In this document: positions 18,310-29,700 of the stretch, piece after piece
Position numbering within the stretch: the first letter of the stretch is position 1
Layout: every line of letters starts with the position of its first letter
Assembly (NCBI GenBank): GCA_019873685.1
Contig: JAIOAT010000001.1
Coordinates: 100,419 to 164,418, forward strand
Length of the DNA: 64,000 nt
Reading direction: 5' to 3'
From: Chloroflexota bacterium
GTDB lineage: Bacteria > Chloroflexota > Anaerolineae > Aggregatilineales > Ch27
Translations under genes and position numbers: made by a program
Notes under the pieces: model-generated
Told to the model about the DNA's origin: nothing
What the model saw: only the letters and a program-made list of their open reading frames with translations
The model's database searches: none

Positions 18310-18498
18310 AGGGGTTTGTTCAATCTCAATCCAGAGGATTGCTGCGCCCGTGCCGGAGGGCACGTCGTTCGAGCGGCGATGGATTATGCCGGTCGCCCGG
18401 CGGCATGTCAATGACGGATTTGCAGGATTATGTCCGCAAGGGGTGGAATCAGCGCAGGGCCGTCAGTTGTGGACGGGCAGACGGCCCTGCTGATCGCG

Positions 18499-19473
18499 TT
18501 AGTGGCCGGGCAGGGAAGCATACAAGCGGTCGATGGCGACCATGTTGCGGACGGCATCCAGCGGTTCGAACCGGGGCGGGCGGTTATTCAGCAGGGCGTC
18601 CGCAAAGTCCTCCACCATGAGCTGGTACTGGTCGGCTGGCGGAATCACGATCTCATCACAAACATTATCATGATAGTACCGGATCACCGTTTCTCTGTTT
18701 GAAGCCGGGATGAATGCCGGGTCAACGACGATACGTCCCCGACGCCCCCGGATTTCGTAGGTATTGGTGGTCAGTGCGCGGAAGCCGCAGTCCAGATGGC
18801 CGAGCGCCCCGGAAGGAAAGGTCAGGATGCCGGTGAGCGTTTCATCTACTTCGCGGCCTATCCGGGCGAAGGCCCGCGCGTCATCTGGCTCTTCGCCGGT
18901 CATCAGGCGCATCACGTTCACACAATAGCAGCCTACATCCATCAGCGCGCCGCCAGCCAGAGCGCGCTTGAGGCGGATGTCATCTTCGCGCCCGGTGATG
19001 TCAAAGGTGAACGACGCCTGAATCAGGTTGATCTCGCCAACTGCGCCCTCGGCGATCATGGCCTTCACGCGCTGAGTCTGGGGATGAAAGCGGTACATGA
19101 AGGCTTCCGCCAGCAGGACATGACGCCTGGCGAAGGCGTCGACCATGACCTGCGCCTCTGCCGCGTTGCTGGCCAGCGGTTTCTCGCATAGCGTCGCCTT
19201 GCCGGCCTCGGCGCATTTGATGCTCCAGGCGGCATGTTCGCTGTTGGGCAGGGGATTGTAGATGGCGTCAATGTTGGGATCGGCGAGCAATTCCTCGTAG
19301 GAGCCGTAGGCGGTGGGGATGCCGAGTTCCCGCGCGAAGTCCCTGGCGCGGTCCAGGTCACGGCTGGCGACCGCCGCAACAACGCTGTTGCGGGCCTTCT
19401 GGATGGCGGGGATAACCCGAACCCGTCCAATGTGGGCGGTACTGAGGATACCCCAGCGGATCTTATCTGCCAT
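18499..19473 (-). CDS. Gfo/Idh/MocA family NAD(P)-dependent oxidoreductase
   Basis: MADKIRWGILSTAHIGR Rossmann N-terminus and EKPLA motif. A GAAAGGAAG Shine-Dalgarno precedes ATG 19473. Confidence 0.8.
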   Translation of the reverse strand: MADKIRWGILSTAHIGRVRVIPAIQKARNSVVAAVASRDLDRARDFARELGIPTAYGSYEELLADPNIDAIYNPLPNSEHAAWSIKCAEAGKATLCEKPLASNAAEAQVMVDAFARRHVLLAEAFMYRFHPQTQRVKAMIAEGAVGEINLIQASFTFDITGREDDIRLKRALAGGALMDVGCYCVNVMRLMTGEEPDDARAFARIGREVDETLTGILTFPSGALGHLDCGFRALTTNTYEIRGRRGRIVVDPAFIPASNRETVIRYYHDNVCDEIVIPPADQYQLMVEDFADALLNNRPPRFEPLDAVRNMVAIDRLYASLPGH

Positions 19474-19561
19474 GGTCGGTCTTCCTTTCTGCAGGCCAGA
19501 CTCTGCTCTGGCGCTGACGATCTCCGCCTGCATGCGTATGGAATCGGGAGGCAGCAACGAT

Positions 19562-21355
19562 TTAGTCCGCTGCCGCAAGCAGACGTTCGCCGGTTTGCAC
19601 CCGCCACAGGGCGGCGTAGATGCCATCCCGATGGATCAGGTCTTCGTGACGGCCCTGTTCCTTCAAGGCGCCATCGTCCAGCACAAAGATGCGATCGGCG
19701 TTGCGGATGGTCGAAAGACGGTGGGCAATCACAATCGTTGTGCGATTGACGATGATGCGCTCCAGCGAACGCTGGATGGCGGCTTCGGTCTCGTTGTCTA
19801 CGTTGGAGGTTGCCTCGTCCAGGACCAGTACGGGCGGATTCTTGAGCACAGCCCGCGCGATGGAAATGCGTTGCCGCTGGCCGCCGGAGAGCTTCTGACC
19901 CCGTTCGCCAACCACCGTATCATAGCCCTGTGGCAGGGCCATGATGAAGTCGTGGGCCTCGGCAATGCGGGCGGCAGCCATGATCTCCTCGAGACTGGCG
20001 TCAAAGGTGCCGTAGGCGATGTTCTCCCGGACGGTGCCATCGAACAGGTAGACATCCTGGCTGACCAGACCGATGGCATTGCGCAGGTCGGCAACCTGTA
20101 ACTCGCGCAGGTCATGGCCGTCCAGCAGGATGCGCCCGTCGGTGACATCGTAGAAACGGAGCAGCAGCTTGGTGATGGTGCTCTTGCCGGCTCCGGTGGC
20201 CCCGACAATGGCGACGGTTTCACCGGGAGGGATGTGCAGGGAAAGATCGCGCAGCACTTCCTGGCCATTCTTGTAGCAGAAAGAGACATGCTCAAAGCTG
20301 ATCTCCCCGCGAACGCTTTCCAGCGGCAGGGGCTGCGGGCCGTCATCGATCAGGGCAGGGGTGTCCAGCAGGTCTAGGATGCGGGCTGTCGAGGCCATGG
20401 CTCGCTGGTACTGGTCGAGCACCTCACCCAGGCTGGTCAGTGGCCACAGCAGGCGCTGGGTCATGAACACCATGACGCTGTAGAGACTGACTTCCAGTGC
20501 CCCGCTCAAAGCCAGCCGTCCACCGAAGATCAGAATAGCGATGAAGCCGCTCATGATCAGCATCCGGATGAGCGGAACAAACGCCGAACTGAGCGAGATT
20601 GCGCGGCGGTTGCGTTCCCGGTAGGTTTCGCTGCTGACGCGGATACGCTCCCCCTCGTGAGCTTCAGAGGTGAAGCTCTTGATCGTGGCGATGCCGCTCA
20701 GGTTATTGGCCAGCTGGCTGTTGAGAATGCCGACCTGCTCACGCACGGCTGCATAGCGTGGCGCCAGAATCTTCTGGAAGCGGATCGATCCCCAGATGAT
20801 CAGCGGCATCGGCAGCAGGGCCAGCCAGGCGACCGATGGCGCGACCAGGAAGAACATACCGCCAATGACCAGAACGGTGGTGGCCACCTGAATGATGTTG
20901 TTAGCGCCGCTGTCCAGGAAGCGCTCTAACTGGTTGATATCGTCATTGAGGATCGACAGCAGTCCGCCGGTGCTCTGGTCTTCAAAATACGCCATGTCCA
21001 GATTCTGGACGTGGGTGTAGGCGTCGATGCGCAGATTGTGTTCAACCGCCTGAGCCAGATTGCGCCAGATGATCTTGTGAAAGTACTCAAAAACCGATTC
21101 CAGCACCCAGATGATCACCGTCAGCCCGGCCAGGGCGAGCAACTGGTGATCCACGTTGATAATCCCGAAACGGGCAATGAACGACTGTTCCTGTTGGACG
21201 ACGATGTCCACCGCTGCCCCGATCAGCGCCGGGGGTGCGAGATCAACCGTTTTGTTGAGGATGGAAAACAGGCTGGCCAACACCATGCGGGTGCGATAGG
21301 TGCGGGCGTAGCCAAACAGGCGCAGAAGGGGATGGCGGTTGTGGCGGTCTGGCAT
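19562..21355 (-). CDS. ABC exporter, fused permease/ATPase (MsbA/multidrug type)
   Basis: 597 aa. Six-TM N-terminal domain, Walker [10 protein letters not shown], signature [14 protein letters not shown], Walker [10 protein letters not shown]. Confidence 0.9.
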   Translation of the reverse strand: MPDRHNRHPLLRLFGYARTYRTRMVLASLFSILNKTVDLAPPALIGAAVDIVVQQEQSFIARFGIINVDHQLLALAGLTVIIWVLESVFEYFHKIIWRNLAQAVEHNLRIDAYTHVQNLDMAYFEDQSTGGLLSILNDDINQLERFLDSGANNIIQVATTVLVIGGMFFLVAPSVAWLALLPMPLIIWGSIRFQKILAPRYAAVREQVGILNSQLANNLSGIATIKSFTSEAHEGERIRVSSETYRERNRRAISLSSAFVPLIRMLIMSGFIAILIFGGRLALSGALEVSLYSVMVFMTQRLLWPLTSLGEVLDQYQRAMASTARILDLLDTPALIDDGPQPLPLESVRGEISFEHVSFCYKNGQEVLRDLSLHIPPGETVAIVGATGAGKSTITKLLLRFYDVTDGRILLDGHDLRELQVADLRNAIGLVSQDVYLFDGTVRENIAYGTFDASLEEIMAAARIAEAHDFIMALPQGYDTVVGERGQKLSGGQRQRISIARAVLKNPPVLVLDEATSNVDNETEAAIQRSLERIIVNRTTIVIAHRLSTIRNADRIFVLDDGALKEQGRHEDLIHRDGIYAALWRVQTGERLLAAAD

Positions 21356-21490
21356 GAGAACTCTGTCCTGGGGTGTCTCCTCGGCAGGTATTAGGATGAG
21401 CGGGATCGGAAGCTATTCTAGCGTATCCGCATGACCTGGACTAGACTCAGGCCGGTCTTGTGCTGGCAGCTATGATGGAGATGGGTGGCC

Positions 21491-22432
21491 ATGACCTATC
21501 TGGTTGGCATTGACGGCGGCGGGAGCTACGTGCGTGTAGTGATCACCAACCTGGCGCTGGAAGTGCTGGCTCAGGCAGAGGGTGGCACGGTTAACCCAAG
21601 CGTGGTGGGCCGCGAAGCAGCGGCGGCGCTCATCCAGAAGGTGTTGCGCAGCGCACTCGAGCAGGCCGGGCTGGCGGCTAACCAGATTGGCGCCGCAGGC
21701 ATCGGGATTGCCGGGGCGTCGGCAACTTACGCTGGCGACTGGCTGCGGGAGGTGATCCGCCCGGTGATTCCGGAGGCGCGCACTGTCCCCAGTTCAGACG
21801 TGGAAATCGCGCTGGTTGGCGCGCACGGTGCACGGTATGGCGTGCTGGTGCTGGCAGGCACGGGGAGTGTGGCGCTGGGCATTGACGCCGCCGGACGCAT
21901 GGCGCGGGCAGGGGGGTGGGGCTACCTGCTGGGCGATGAAGGCAGTGGCTACTGGATCGGCTTGGAAGGGCTGCGCGCCGTGGTGCGGGCTGCTGATGGC
22001 CGCGGGGAAAGATCGGCCCTCGAGCAGCGCCTCCTGGCAGCGCTGGAACTGCCAGATGTCCAGGCCGTGACATTATGGTTGTACCGGTCGGAAACCAGCC
22101 GTACGCGCGAGGTCGCCCGGTTGGCGCCGGTGGTGTGCCAGGTGGCTGTGGACGGCGACCGGGTGGCTGACGAGATTGTGGATCGGGCAGCGGCGGAGCT
22201 GGCGTTACTCTGCCGGGCGGTGATCCGTCAGCTTGGAGCCAGCGATCTACCGGTTGCCTTTGCGGGGGGATTGCTCGTCAACCCGACGCCAGTGCGCGAT
22301 CGACTGTGCCAGCGCCTGGGACTGCTGGAGCCGCCGCAGCCGCGCTATCCGCCGGTGATCGGAGCGGCACTGCTGGCGCGGCTGGCGCTGGAGCAGCAAG
22401 ACCAGCGTGAGGGCGGGACGTCGCATGGATGA
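21491..22432 (+). CDS. BadF/BadG/BcrA/BcrD-type ATPase, N-acetylglucosamine-kinase-like
   Basis: MTYLVGIDGGGSYVRVVI phosphate-1 motif and LAGTGSVA. A GTG at 21485 is an alternative start. Confidence 0.7.
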   Translation: MTYLVGIDGGGSYVRVVITNLALEVLAQAEGGTVNPSVVGREAAAALIQKVLRSALEQAGLAANQIGAAGIGIAGASATYAGDWLREVIRPVIPEARTVPSSDVEIALVGAHGARYGVLVLAGTGSVALGIDAAGRMARAGGWGYLLGDEGSGYWIGLEGLRAVVRAADGRGERSALEQRLLAALELPDVQAVTLWLYRSETSRTREVARLAPVVCQVAVDGDRVADEIVDRAAAELALLCRAVIRQLGASDLPVAFAGGLLVNPTPVRDRLCQRLGLLEPPQPRYPPVIGAALLARLALEQQDQREGGTSHG

Positions 22433-23747
22433 GGTGCGGGTCATCCAGACGCCGCAGGAGATTCTCCTGCGTGTGACAGGAGAGGCCGGGCGCGGATTCC
22501 ACGGCGACGAAGTGGAGCCGGGTGTTTGGCTATGCCCTCTGGATGCCGAGAATGCTGTAGCTGTCCGGCGGCTATTGCCCTGGACGACGCCGGTTCCAGC
22601 AGGTCTGCGTCAGTCGATCGGCCTGAGCGATCGGCTGGGGTTGGCTGCGCCGGGTCTGCTCCGCGTAGCACGGCGGCGCGGACTCTTTCCGGTGCTGGCT
22701 CAGCAATCTATCCGCGAGATGGGCGAGTCCGGGTGCACGCCTCAGGAGGTCATCGATACCGCCACGTGGGGGATGCTGGCCGCCGATGACCGCGACGGAT
22801 ACGGCTCAAACGCCGATGGCCTGCAGACCGCAGCCATGATCGACCTGTGCGTTGAGGCCGGGTTCACAGGTTTTACGCTTGAGCCGCAGCGCTCCTTTTT
22901 GGACCTGGCTGCGCTTACCGATCCGGCGGTGACTCTGGATAAAGCGTTCGCTGCGCTGCCATGGGAAAGGCTGGCGTTCAGCCCTGAGGCAATGCTGACT
23001 GTCTACCGGGAAACTGCGCCGGTAGGGGTGGCCGAAGAAGAAGCGGTGAAGCGCGTTGCCTGTGCCTATGGCCCGGCTATCGTGGAACTGGTTCGCCTGG
23101 CTGACCATCTTGACCGGCGCATGGAAGGGCAACACTATGACCTGGAGATCGACCCCGGTGCGGATAGCGGCCTGCTTAGCCCGCTAGTACATCACTTCAT
23201 TGCCGCCGAGTTGCTGCGGCTGGGCGTTCGCTTCACCAGCCTGGTACTTGGGGTAGAGCCGCCGGACAAAGCCTGGGATGCTGCATCTGATCTTGAAAGT
23301 CTCTGCGCTGCACACGCCCGGATTGCCCGTGAACTGGGGCCTTACAAGCTGACGGTTCGTGCTGGGCCGGAAGGTTGCCGGGTGTATCCGATTCTGGCGC
23401 GTCACGCCGGGCCATATACTCACCTCAAGATCACAGGCGTCGACTGGCTGGCCGCATTGCGCGTGATCGCGGCTCACGAGCCAGCGCTATTGCGGACGAT
23501 GCTGGCCCATGCGCTGCAGGGGTATACCCATGATGGGACTGCCCGGATCAGCCGGGTGCCTGTTGACCTGCCAGACAGTCAATTACCGGAACTGCTCAAC
23601 CAGCCGGATACCCGGCAGATTCTTCTGTCGATGTTCGGGGAACTGCTAAGGCGCTTCCGCACACCGATCCTGGCTGCGCTCCGCCGGAATCGTGCTGCTT
23701 ATGCCGAGGCATTGGAAGCCGCCGTAATGGATTGCATCGGCGTCTGA
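22425..23747 (+). CDS. Hypothetical sugar-metabolism protein, possibly UxaE-like (tagaturonate/fructuronate epimerase family) TIM-barrel protein
   Basis: 440 aa from ATG 22425, which overlaps the kinase stop (ATGGATGA). GLSDRLGLAAPG...LAQQSIREM resembles my memory of the UxaE family. The assignment is weak. Confidence 0.3.
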   Translation: MDEVRVIQTPQEILLRVTGEAGRGFHGDEVEPGVWLCPLDAENAVAVRRLLPWTTPVPAGLRQSIGLSDRLGLAAPGLLRVARRRGLFPVLAQQSIREMGESGCTPQEVIDTATWGMLAADDRDGYGSNADGLQTAAMIDLCVEAGFTGFTLEPQRSFLDLAALTDPAVTLDKAFAALPWERLAFSPEAMLTVYRETAPVGVAEEEAVKRVACAYGPAIVELVRLADHLDRRMEGQHYDLEIDPGADSGLLSPLVHHFIAAELLRLGVRFTSLVLGVEPPDKAWDAASDLESLCAAHARIARELGPYKLTVRAGPEGCRVYPILARHAGPYTHLKITGVDWLAALRVIAAHEPALLRTMLAHALQGYTHDGTARISRVPVDLPDSQLPELLNQPDTRQILLSMFGELLRRFRTPILAALRRNRAAYAEALEAAVMDCIGV

Positions 23748-23786
23748 GGTCATATCAGTGATGCTGCCGGGCGCACGCTGCGCTCG

Positions 23787-25334
23787 TTACGGGGCATCCG
23801 GCTGCGCTTGGCGCAGGAAGGTCTGACGAATCTCCTCGGTTCGGTCGAAGAGTTTAGGTTCCAGCGCTGCCCACAAATCGGCTGGGGCGGCAATCTGGCC
23901 GCTCATGTTAGTTGCATAGGTCTGCAGCCAGGCGAAGAACGCTTCTGTGCCGATCTCCTGGCGCAGGGCGTGAAGAAACTGCGCTCCGCGTAGATAGACA
24001 GCGTTGATGTAGTCCCGAACGGTATTGAACTCATAGACGGTCGAGTCGACGAATCCTGTGGGATGGAAGCTATTGACGCGAAAATCCCACCACCAGTCGA
24101 CCAGGGGCGGGTAGCTTTCCTGCAGAAAGACGTATTCACTGTAGGTTGACAACGCCTCATCCAGCCAGGGGTGGCGGCTCTGATCATTGCCCACCCGGTG
24201 GTACCACCACTGGTGGGCAACCTCATGCGCCGTGATCAGGGTCAGGTAGGAAGCCGGATCGCCGCGATAAGAGCGGAACCACTCGCCGCCTACATAGACC
24301 AGCCCGCTGAATTCCATGCCGTCTGGAAAATCACTTTCCAGGATGATCAGGCGGTCATATGGATAGGAGCCATACAGATCGGCGAAGAGATTGAGGGCAG
24401 CTACTGCAGTATGCAGCGCCTGCTCTGCCGCTTCAGCGGGTGTGGACTCAAAGGTGTAAAGCTCGACCATGACTGTGCCATCAAGTGCAGGAGCAACGGT
24501 CTGGCGATAATTATCGCCAAGGCTGAGGGTGATTTCACGGGCGTTGGCCAGTTGATATCGCCAGCCGCATGACTCACGGCTCGCTGTGCCGGGGCCAACG
24601 ACCGTCATGGCCGGGGGCAGATTCTCCACAGCCAGGCACAGGTCAAAATCTGCGGCAGGCAAGACCGTCTGCTCGCCAACCGTGATGGGAACTGGTGTTA
24701 TCCATTGTCCTTCAGCACGCGCTGCTACCGCCGGGAACCAGAGGGCCAGGTTTAGCTGTCGATCGGAATAGCCCAGATATCCCTGTCGCCCAAAAGGGCC
24801 AGCGCCCATACGCGGAATGTCTACCGTGTAATCGAGGCTCAGGGTTACCTGGCAACCCGGTTGCAGCGGGGTTGGAAGGGAGACTGTCAGGCGTGCTCCT
24901 TCCAGAATGGCCTCAGAGGTGCCGGTTTCCTCAGCAATGACAACGTCTTCCAGGTGGAACACGCCGGGTTCCCGATTGGGCAGCACATACAGGACCAGTT
25001 GATCCAGCGACGTCTCTTCTGTATTGCGGAAGGTCACGTGCTGGTGCGCACCAAGACGTTTGAGCGCATAGTCAAGTTCCGCCCGGATCACGTAAGTGAT
25101 GGCCGGCCTATCATCGACAGGGGCGCAGCGTTCCGTTTGTCCTGCCGGTTCGGGCGTGGCTGTTGGGGACTGGTATAACGCGGATGACGGTGTGGCTGAT
25201 GTTGTCTGTATGGATATCGCGGTGGTTGTTGGCGCAGGTGGGGCGATCGTCGCCGGAGGAGCCGAGGGAAGGCAACCGATCATAAGAGCCAGTAACAGGA
25301 GACTAGAAAGGGTGGCGTTCATCAAGGGTTTCAT
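23787..25334 (-). CDS. M1-family (gluzincin) metallopeptidase, lipoprotein
   Basis: HEVAHQWWY-X-E (HEXXH-X18-E: HEVAHQWWYHRVGNDQSRHPWLDE). The start is trimmed to ATG 25334, giving the signal MKPLMNATLSSLLLLALMIGC (lipobox-like). Confidence 0.8.
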   Translation of the reverse strand: MKPLMNATLSSLLLLALMIGCLPSAPPATIAPPAPTTTAISIQTTSATPSSALYQSPTATPEPAGQTERCAPVDDRPAITYVIRAELDYALKRLGAHQHVTFRNTEETSLDQLVLYVLPNREPGVFHLEDVVIAEETGTSEAILEGARLTVSLPTPLQPGCQVTLSLDYTVDIPRMGAGPFGRQGYLGYSDRQLNLALWFPAVAARAEGQWITPVPITVGEQTVLPAADFDLCLAVENLPPAMTVVGPGTASRESCGWRYQLANAREITLSLGDNYRQTVAPALDGTVMVELYTFESTPAEAAEQALHTAVAALNLFADLYGSYPYDRLIILESDFPDGMEFSGLVYVGGEWFRSYRGDPASYLTLITAHEVAHQWWYHRVGNDQSRHPWLDEALSTYSEYVFLQESYPPLVDWWWDFRVNSFHPTGFVDSTVYEFNTVRDYINAVYLRGAQFLHALRQEIGTEAFFAWLQTYATNMSGQIAAPADLWAALEPKLFDRTEEIRQTFLRQAQPDAP

Positions 25335-25666
25335 CGCATGGCGTGCTGGCTGCACGGTGAATTCGCGGCCTGCGCAGAGACCCATTATATCCGGTGTCGG
25401 ACTACCCGGCGGCAAGTTACCTGCTGTGATTGCGCCAGGAATTGCCCCATCTGTTGATAGCTGTGCCGAACGTCGGCGATTTCTGTGAAGATCGTTACCG
25501 GCGCCAGCGCAGGATTCTTGCTCTTGTGCTGTGGCCGCTGTGCGGCTAGAATGGCGCGTGTTCTTCCTGCTACCCTGGATGCGTATCCTGCGTATCATCT
25601 GTGGGTTATAGGTAGCGTTAAATCCGCGCTCATTCCGCGATCATCCTGATCATGGGAGGGGGAATT

Positions 25667-26554
25667 ATGCAGCAACACATCGCCACGAAAACGGTCAGCT
25701 TGATCCGGCTCACTCGGTGGAAAGAATTCGTTCCTTTTACAGTCCCGGTAACAGTTTTTGCCGCACTGCTTTCCGGGCAACCGCTGGACTGGCGGCTGGC
25801 AGCGGTCACGGTGGCCAACATCCTGGCGGTCGCCTACGCCTTTATGATCAATGACATTGAGGATGCACCAGACGACTCGCGCGATCCGGCCCGTGCCGCC
25901 CGTAATCCTATTGCCATGGGGGAACTCTCCATCCGCTCCGGGTGGGTAGCATCTGTACTGGTGGCGTTGCTATCGCTGGTTCTCTATGCCTTTGGCGGCT
26001 GGTGGGTGCTGGGCATCGGCGTGCTGACGGTGCTGCTGTCGCATTTCTACTCCTGGAAGCCGATTCGTCTCAAAGCCTGGCCGGTGGCCGATGTGACCTC
26101 CCATTCGCTGATGCTGAGCGGGCTGCTTTTCCTGGCCGGTTATTTCACCTACGATGTGAATCCGGGATGGGTCTGGCTGGTGATGCTGGCTGTCACGCTC
26201 ATCTCAATATACGGCCAGCTTTATAACCAGCTGCGCGACTACGAAACTGACAAGGCAGCCGGGTTGCACAATACAGCGATCATTGTTGGCGAGCGCATGA
26301 CTCGCCTGTTGATGTATCTGTGTGTTGCCCTGGCGATTGTGTTTTTCCTCAGCGCGTTTGTGCTGGGCGTTCTGCCGATCTGGTTGCCATTTGTGGGTGT
26401 TGGTGTCTTCGCTGTGGTGATGTATCTGTACCGCCCTGGTATGGATATGCGCGGTGGACAGGTTGCCGACACCAGTGGAAACATCCAGATTCAATTTCTG
26501 ATTACGGCGAACGCAACTGTTGCTCTGTGGCTGGCCCTGGCGCTGGTAGGGTAG
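25667..26554 (+). CDS. UbiA-family aromatic prenyltransferase
   Basis: Asp-rich motif NDIEDAPDD and a second motif YNQLRDYETD, with about 8 TM helices. GGGAGGGGG Shine-Dalgarno lies ahead of ATG 25667. Confidence 0.8.
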   Translation: MQQHIATKTVSLIRLTRWKEFVPFTVPVTVFAALLSGQPLDWRLAAVTVANILAVAYAFMINDIEDAPDDSRDPARAARNPIAMGELSIRSGWVASVLVALLSLVLYAFGGWWVLGIGVLTVLLSHFYSWKPIRLKAWPVADVTSHSLMLSGLLFLAGYFTYDVNPGWVWLVMLAVTLISIYGQLYNQLRDYETDKAAGLHNTAIIVGERMTRLLMYLCVALAIVFFLSAFVLGVLPIWLPFVGVGVFAVVMYLYRPGMDMRGGQVADTSGNIQIQFLITANATVALWLALALVG

Positions 26555-26591
26555 GGCCGGGCTGCCGGTGCTGGTGCCGGATCGAGCTTGA

Positions 26592-26620
26592 CAGGCGCTC
26601 CATGTGGGCGCCTTTTGTTT
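26592..26620 (+). terminator. Putative intrinsic terminator after the UbiA-family gene
   Basis: AGGCGC (26593-26598) pairs with GCGCCT (26608-26613), followed by TTTTGTTT. Confidence 0.5.
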
Positions 26621-26718
26621 CGGTTGACGAATTTGGCGGATCGACACGCCATTGGCGTTGGGTTTGCCTTGTCACTACAATAGAGTAACAGCACTGCTGC
26701 ACCGACGGATACCAGGGT

Positions 26719-29700
26719 ATGGGCTTCAAGATTCTCATTGTCGATGATACGCCGGATACCGTGCAAATGCTGTCCGTCTGGTTGCAGGGGGATGGGTACC
26801 AGACTGTAGCCATCAGCAACTCACTGGACGCCGTATCGGTGATTCGACAGGAAAAGCCCGATCTGGTGCTCATCGATAGCGCTATGCCGGGCCGCGATGG
26901 CATCGAGACATGCCAGGAACTGCATGCCAACCCGCTTACGCGGCACATTCCCATTCTGTTGCTGAGCAGCAAGAACCCCGCTGAGGCCCGCGCCGATAGT
27001 CTGATGGCCGGCGCTGTTGACTACGTCAGCAAGCCGATGAACCTGCGCCAGCTTAGCGATCAGATCGCGGCCTGCCTTGCACCGCAGGAGCAGGGACTGC
27101 GGCCTGCAGACGCCCGCCGCATGGTTGATGAAGTTGTCTATGAGGCGCTGGAACTGCTGTCGTGCGATCTGGCCTGGCTGTTCCGGTATGACTCTGTGCA
27201 CAGGACGTTGGAGAGCCATGCCATCGCGGCGACGCTAGGGCGTGAAGCAGGACAGCGTTTATCAGCGCGGCTGGGCGTAGATGCCACGGCGTTGCAGGTA
27301 GGAGGGTTTGACAATGGCAGCCCGCTGGCGGCGGCGATCAGCACGCGGGAGACCGTGCTTGACCTGCCGCTGGAGCGGTTTCGCCAGCATCCTGATACCC
27401 AGTTGCTGTTTCAGGGCTTTTCGGCGCTGGGTGTGACGTCCATCAGCCTGATACCCCTGGCTCTGGCGCGGCAGGTGCTGGGCGTGCTGGTGGTGGGTTA
27501 CGTTCGCCCACGCGATCGGCATGGCGAGTCGCCGTGGCCGGCAATCACGCTGCTCAGCAGGCAGGCTGCTATGGCCCTTGACTATACGCGTCTGGCCAGT
27601 GTCCTGGCTGAGCAGGAAGAGACTCGGAAAGCCGAACATGCCTTCTTGACCACCGTGCTGGATACGATGGGCGATGGCCTGATCGTTATCGGCGAGCATG
27701 GTGAAATTGAATATGTCAACAACCGCCTGCTGCGGATGACCGAATACGGGCGTGAGGAACTGATCGGCCAGCGGGTCGATATGCTCTTCCACCCCGATGA
27801 TCGCCAGGCACTGGTCTACGGATTGCTGCACGAGCGCGGATCCACGATCAAGTTTGACCAGCGCCTCTACACGCGCAGCCAGCATGTGATTCCGGTGCTG
27901 CTGTCGCGTTCCTCTTTTGCGCGGATCGACCCGACCGCGCCGCAGCAGGTGCTGGTTCTAAGCGATCTGACCGTGCAAAAGAGCCGTGAGGAAGCGCTGG
28001 AACGGTACAGCCAGCAACTCCAGGCGCTGAACCGGGCGGCTGAGGCAATCACTTCATCGCTGACCCCCCAGGAAGTGATTCACGAAATCCTGACTGCGGC
28101 GATGGCTGTAGCCAATGCTGAGGGGGCTTCGGTGTTGTTGCGCAGCGACGACAACCCTGCTGAGCTGGTCTTCATGGCGGCGGTAGGGCCGGAAGCCGAG
28201 CGTCTGCATGGCATGCGGGTGCCGATCAATGAAGGGATTGCTGGCTGGGTGGTTCGGGAAGCTACCGGCCAGCTTGTGGTTGATACAGCGCAGGATGATC
28301 GCTTTTATCGGGGCGTTGACGCTCATTCCGGTTTGACGACGCGTTCGCTGATCGCCGTGCCGTTGATCGTGGCCGACCAGGTGATCGGTGTGCTGGAAGT
28401 GGTGAACAAACGCGCTGGTACTTTTGACCGTGCGGACATGGATTTGCTGGAGAGCATTGCCGGCACGGCAGCGGTAGCGATCGAGAATTCGCGACTGTTT
28501 GAACAGACACGCCGTCGGCTTAACGATCTGGGGACCCTGCTGGATGCCAGCGCGGCGGTGTCGTCAACACTTGATTTCGGCAGCGTTCTGGAGTTGATCG
28601 CCCGGCGCTTGCTGGACGCCCTGCATGTGGAACGTTGCCAGGTTATTTCCTGGGACCGCGGAACCAATACCCTGATCACGCTGGCTGAAGTGGTTGACGC
28701 CTACTGGCGGTCGGGGAGCGGGCCGCTGGTCGAGATCGCTGATTCGCCGCTACGCAACCGGGCGCTGACAGCGGGCCGTGCGCAGTATGTGCAGCTGGGC
28801 GATCCGTCAACGACGCCACAGGATCAGGCCGAGCTTATTGCGCTGGGCCAACAGGCGATGCTGGTGATCCCCCTGTGGTTTGGGCGCAAAGTCATTGGCC
28901 TGGCTTCAGTATGTAAGGGCGCGGGCAGCATAGCGCCTGCCGATATCGAGCATGTTGGCCGGATCGTCAGTAACTGGACAACCCGTGTTGAGCGCAGCCA
29001 GCAGCGGTGGGCTGAGAAATCATTCCTTGATGATCTCTGTAATTTGCTGCAAGCCGTCCCCGGCGTTATGTGGGTGCGGATAGAGGAGTGGCTCCCCCAG
29101 GAACGGCGGCTGCGCCGGTTGCGGGAGACCGGCTTCGCACTCTGGAGCGATCGGGAAGGCGCTCAGCTTGATCTGGATCAGCATCCCACGATGAAACGGG
29201 TGCTTTCCATCGCCCAGCCCAGGGTAGTGGAACGGCAGAATCTGGAGGCCGATCCGCGCGAGCAGGACCTGCTGGCGCAGGTTGGCGGAGAGGTCTGCCT
29301 GATGGCCCCATTTATTATCCGGGGGCAGCCGGAGGGCCTGGTTAAGCTGATTGACTCGGATAGCCGACGCACATTTGATGTCGAGCAGGTCTCGCTATGC
29401 CAGGGTATCGCCAATGTGGGAGGGCCTGGTTAAGCTGATTGACTCGGATAGCCGACGCACATTTGATGTCGAGCAGGTCTCGCTATGCCAGGGTATCGCC
29501 AATGTGGTTGGCAATGCCCTGGAGAACGCCTATCTCTATCAGAGTCTGGAGCGTCGTGCGGCGGCGCTGGAAGCTGCTTACGCTGAACTGAAGCAGGCCG
29601 ATCAGCTCAAGGAGGAGTTACTGCAAAATCTTTCCCATGAGATTCAGACCCCGCTGATGCATGTGATGGGGTACATGGAACTGATGTATAACGAAGCCTT

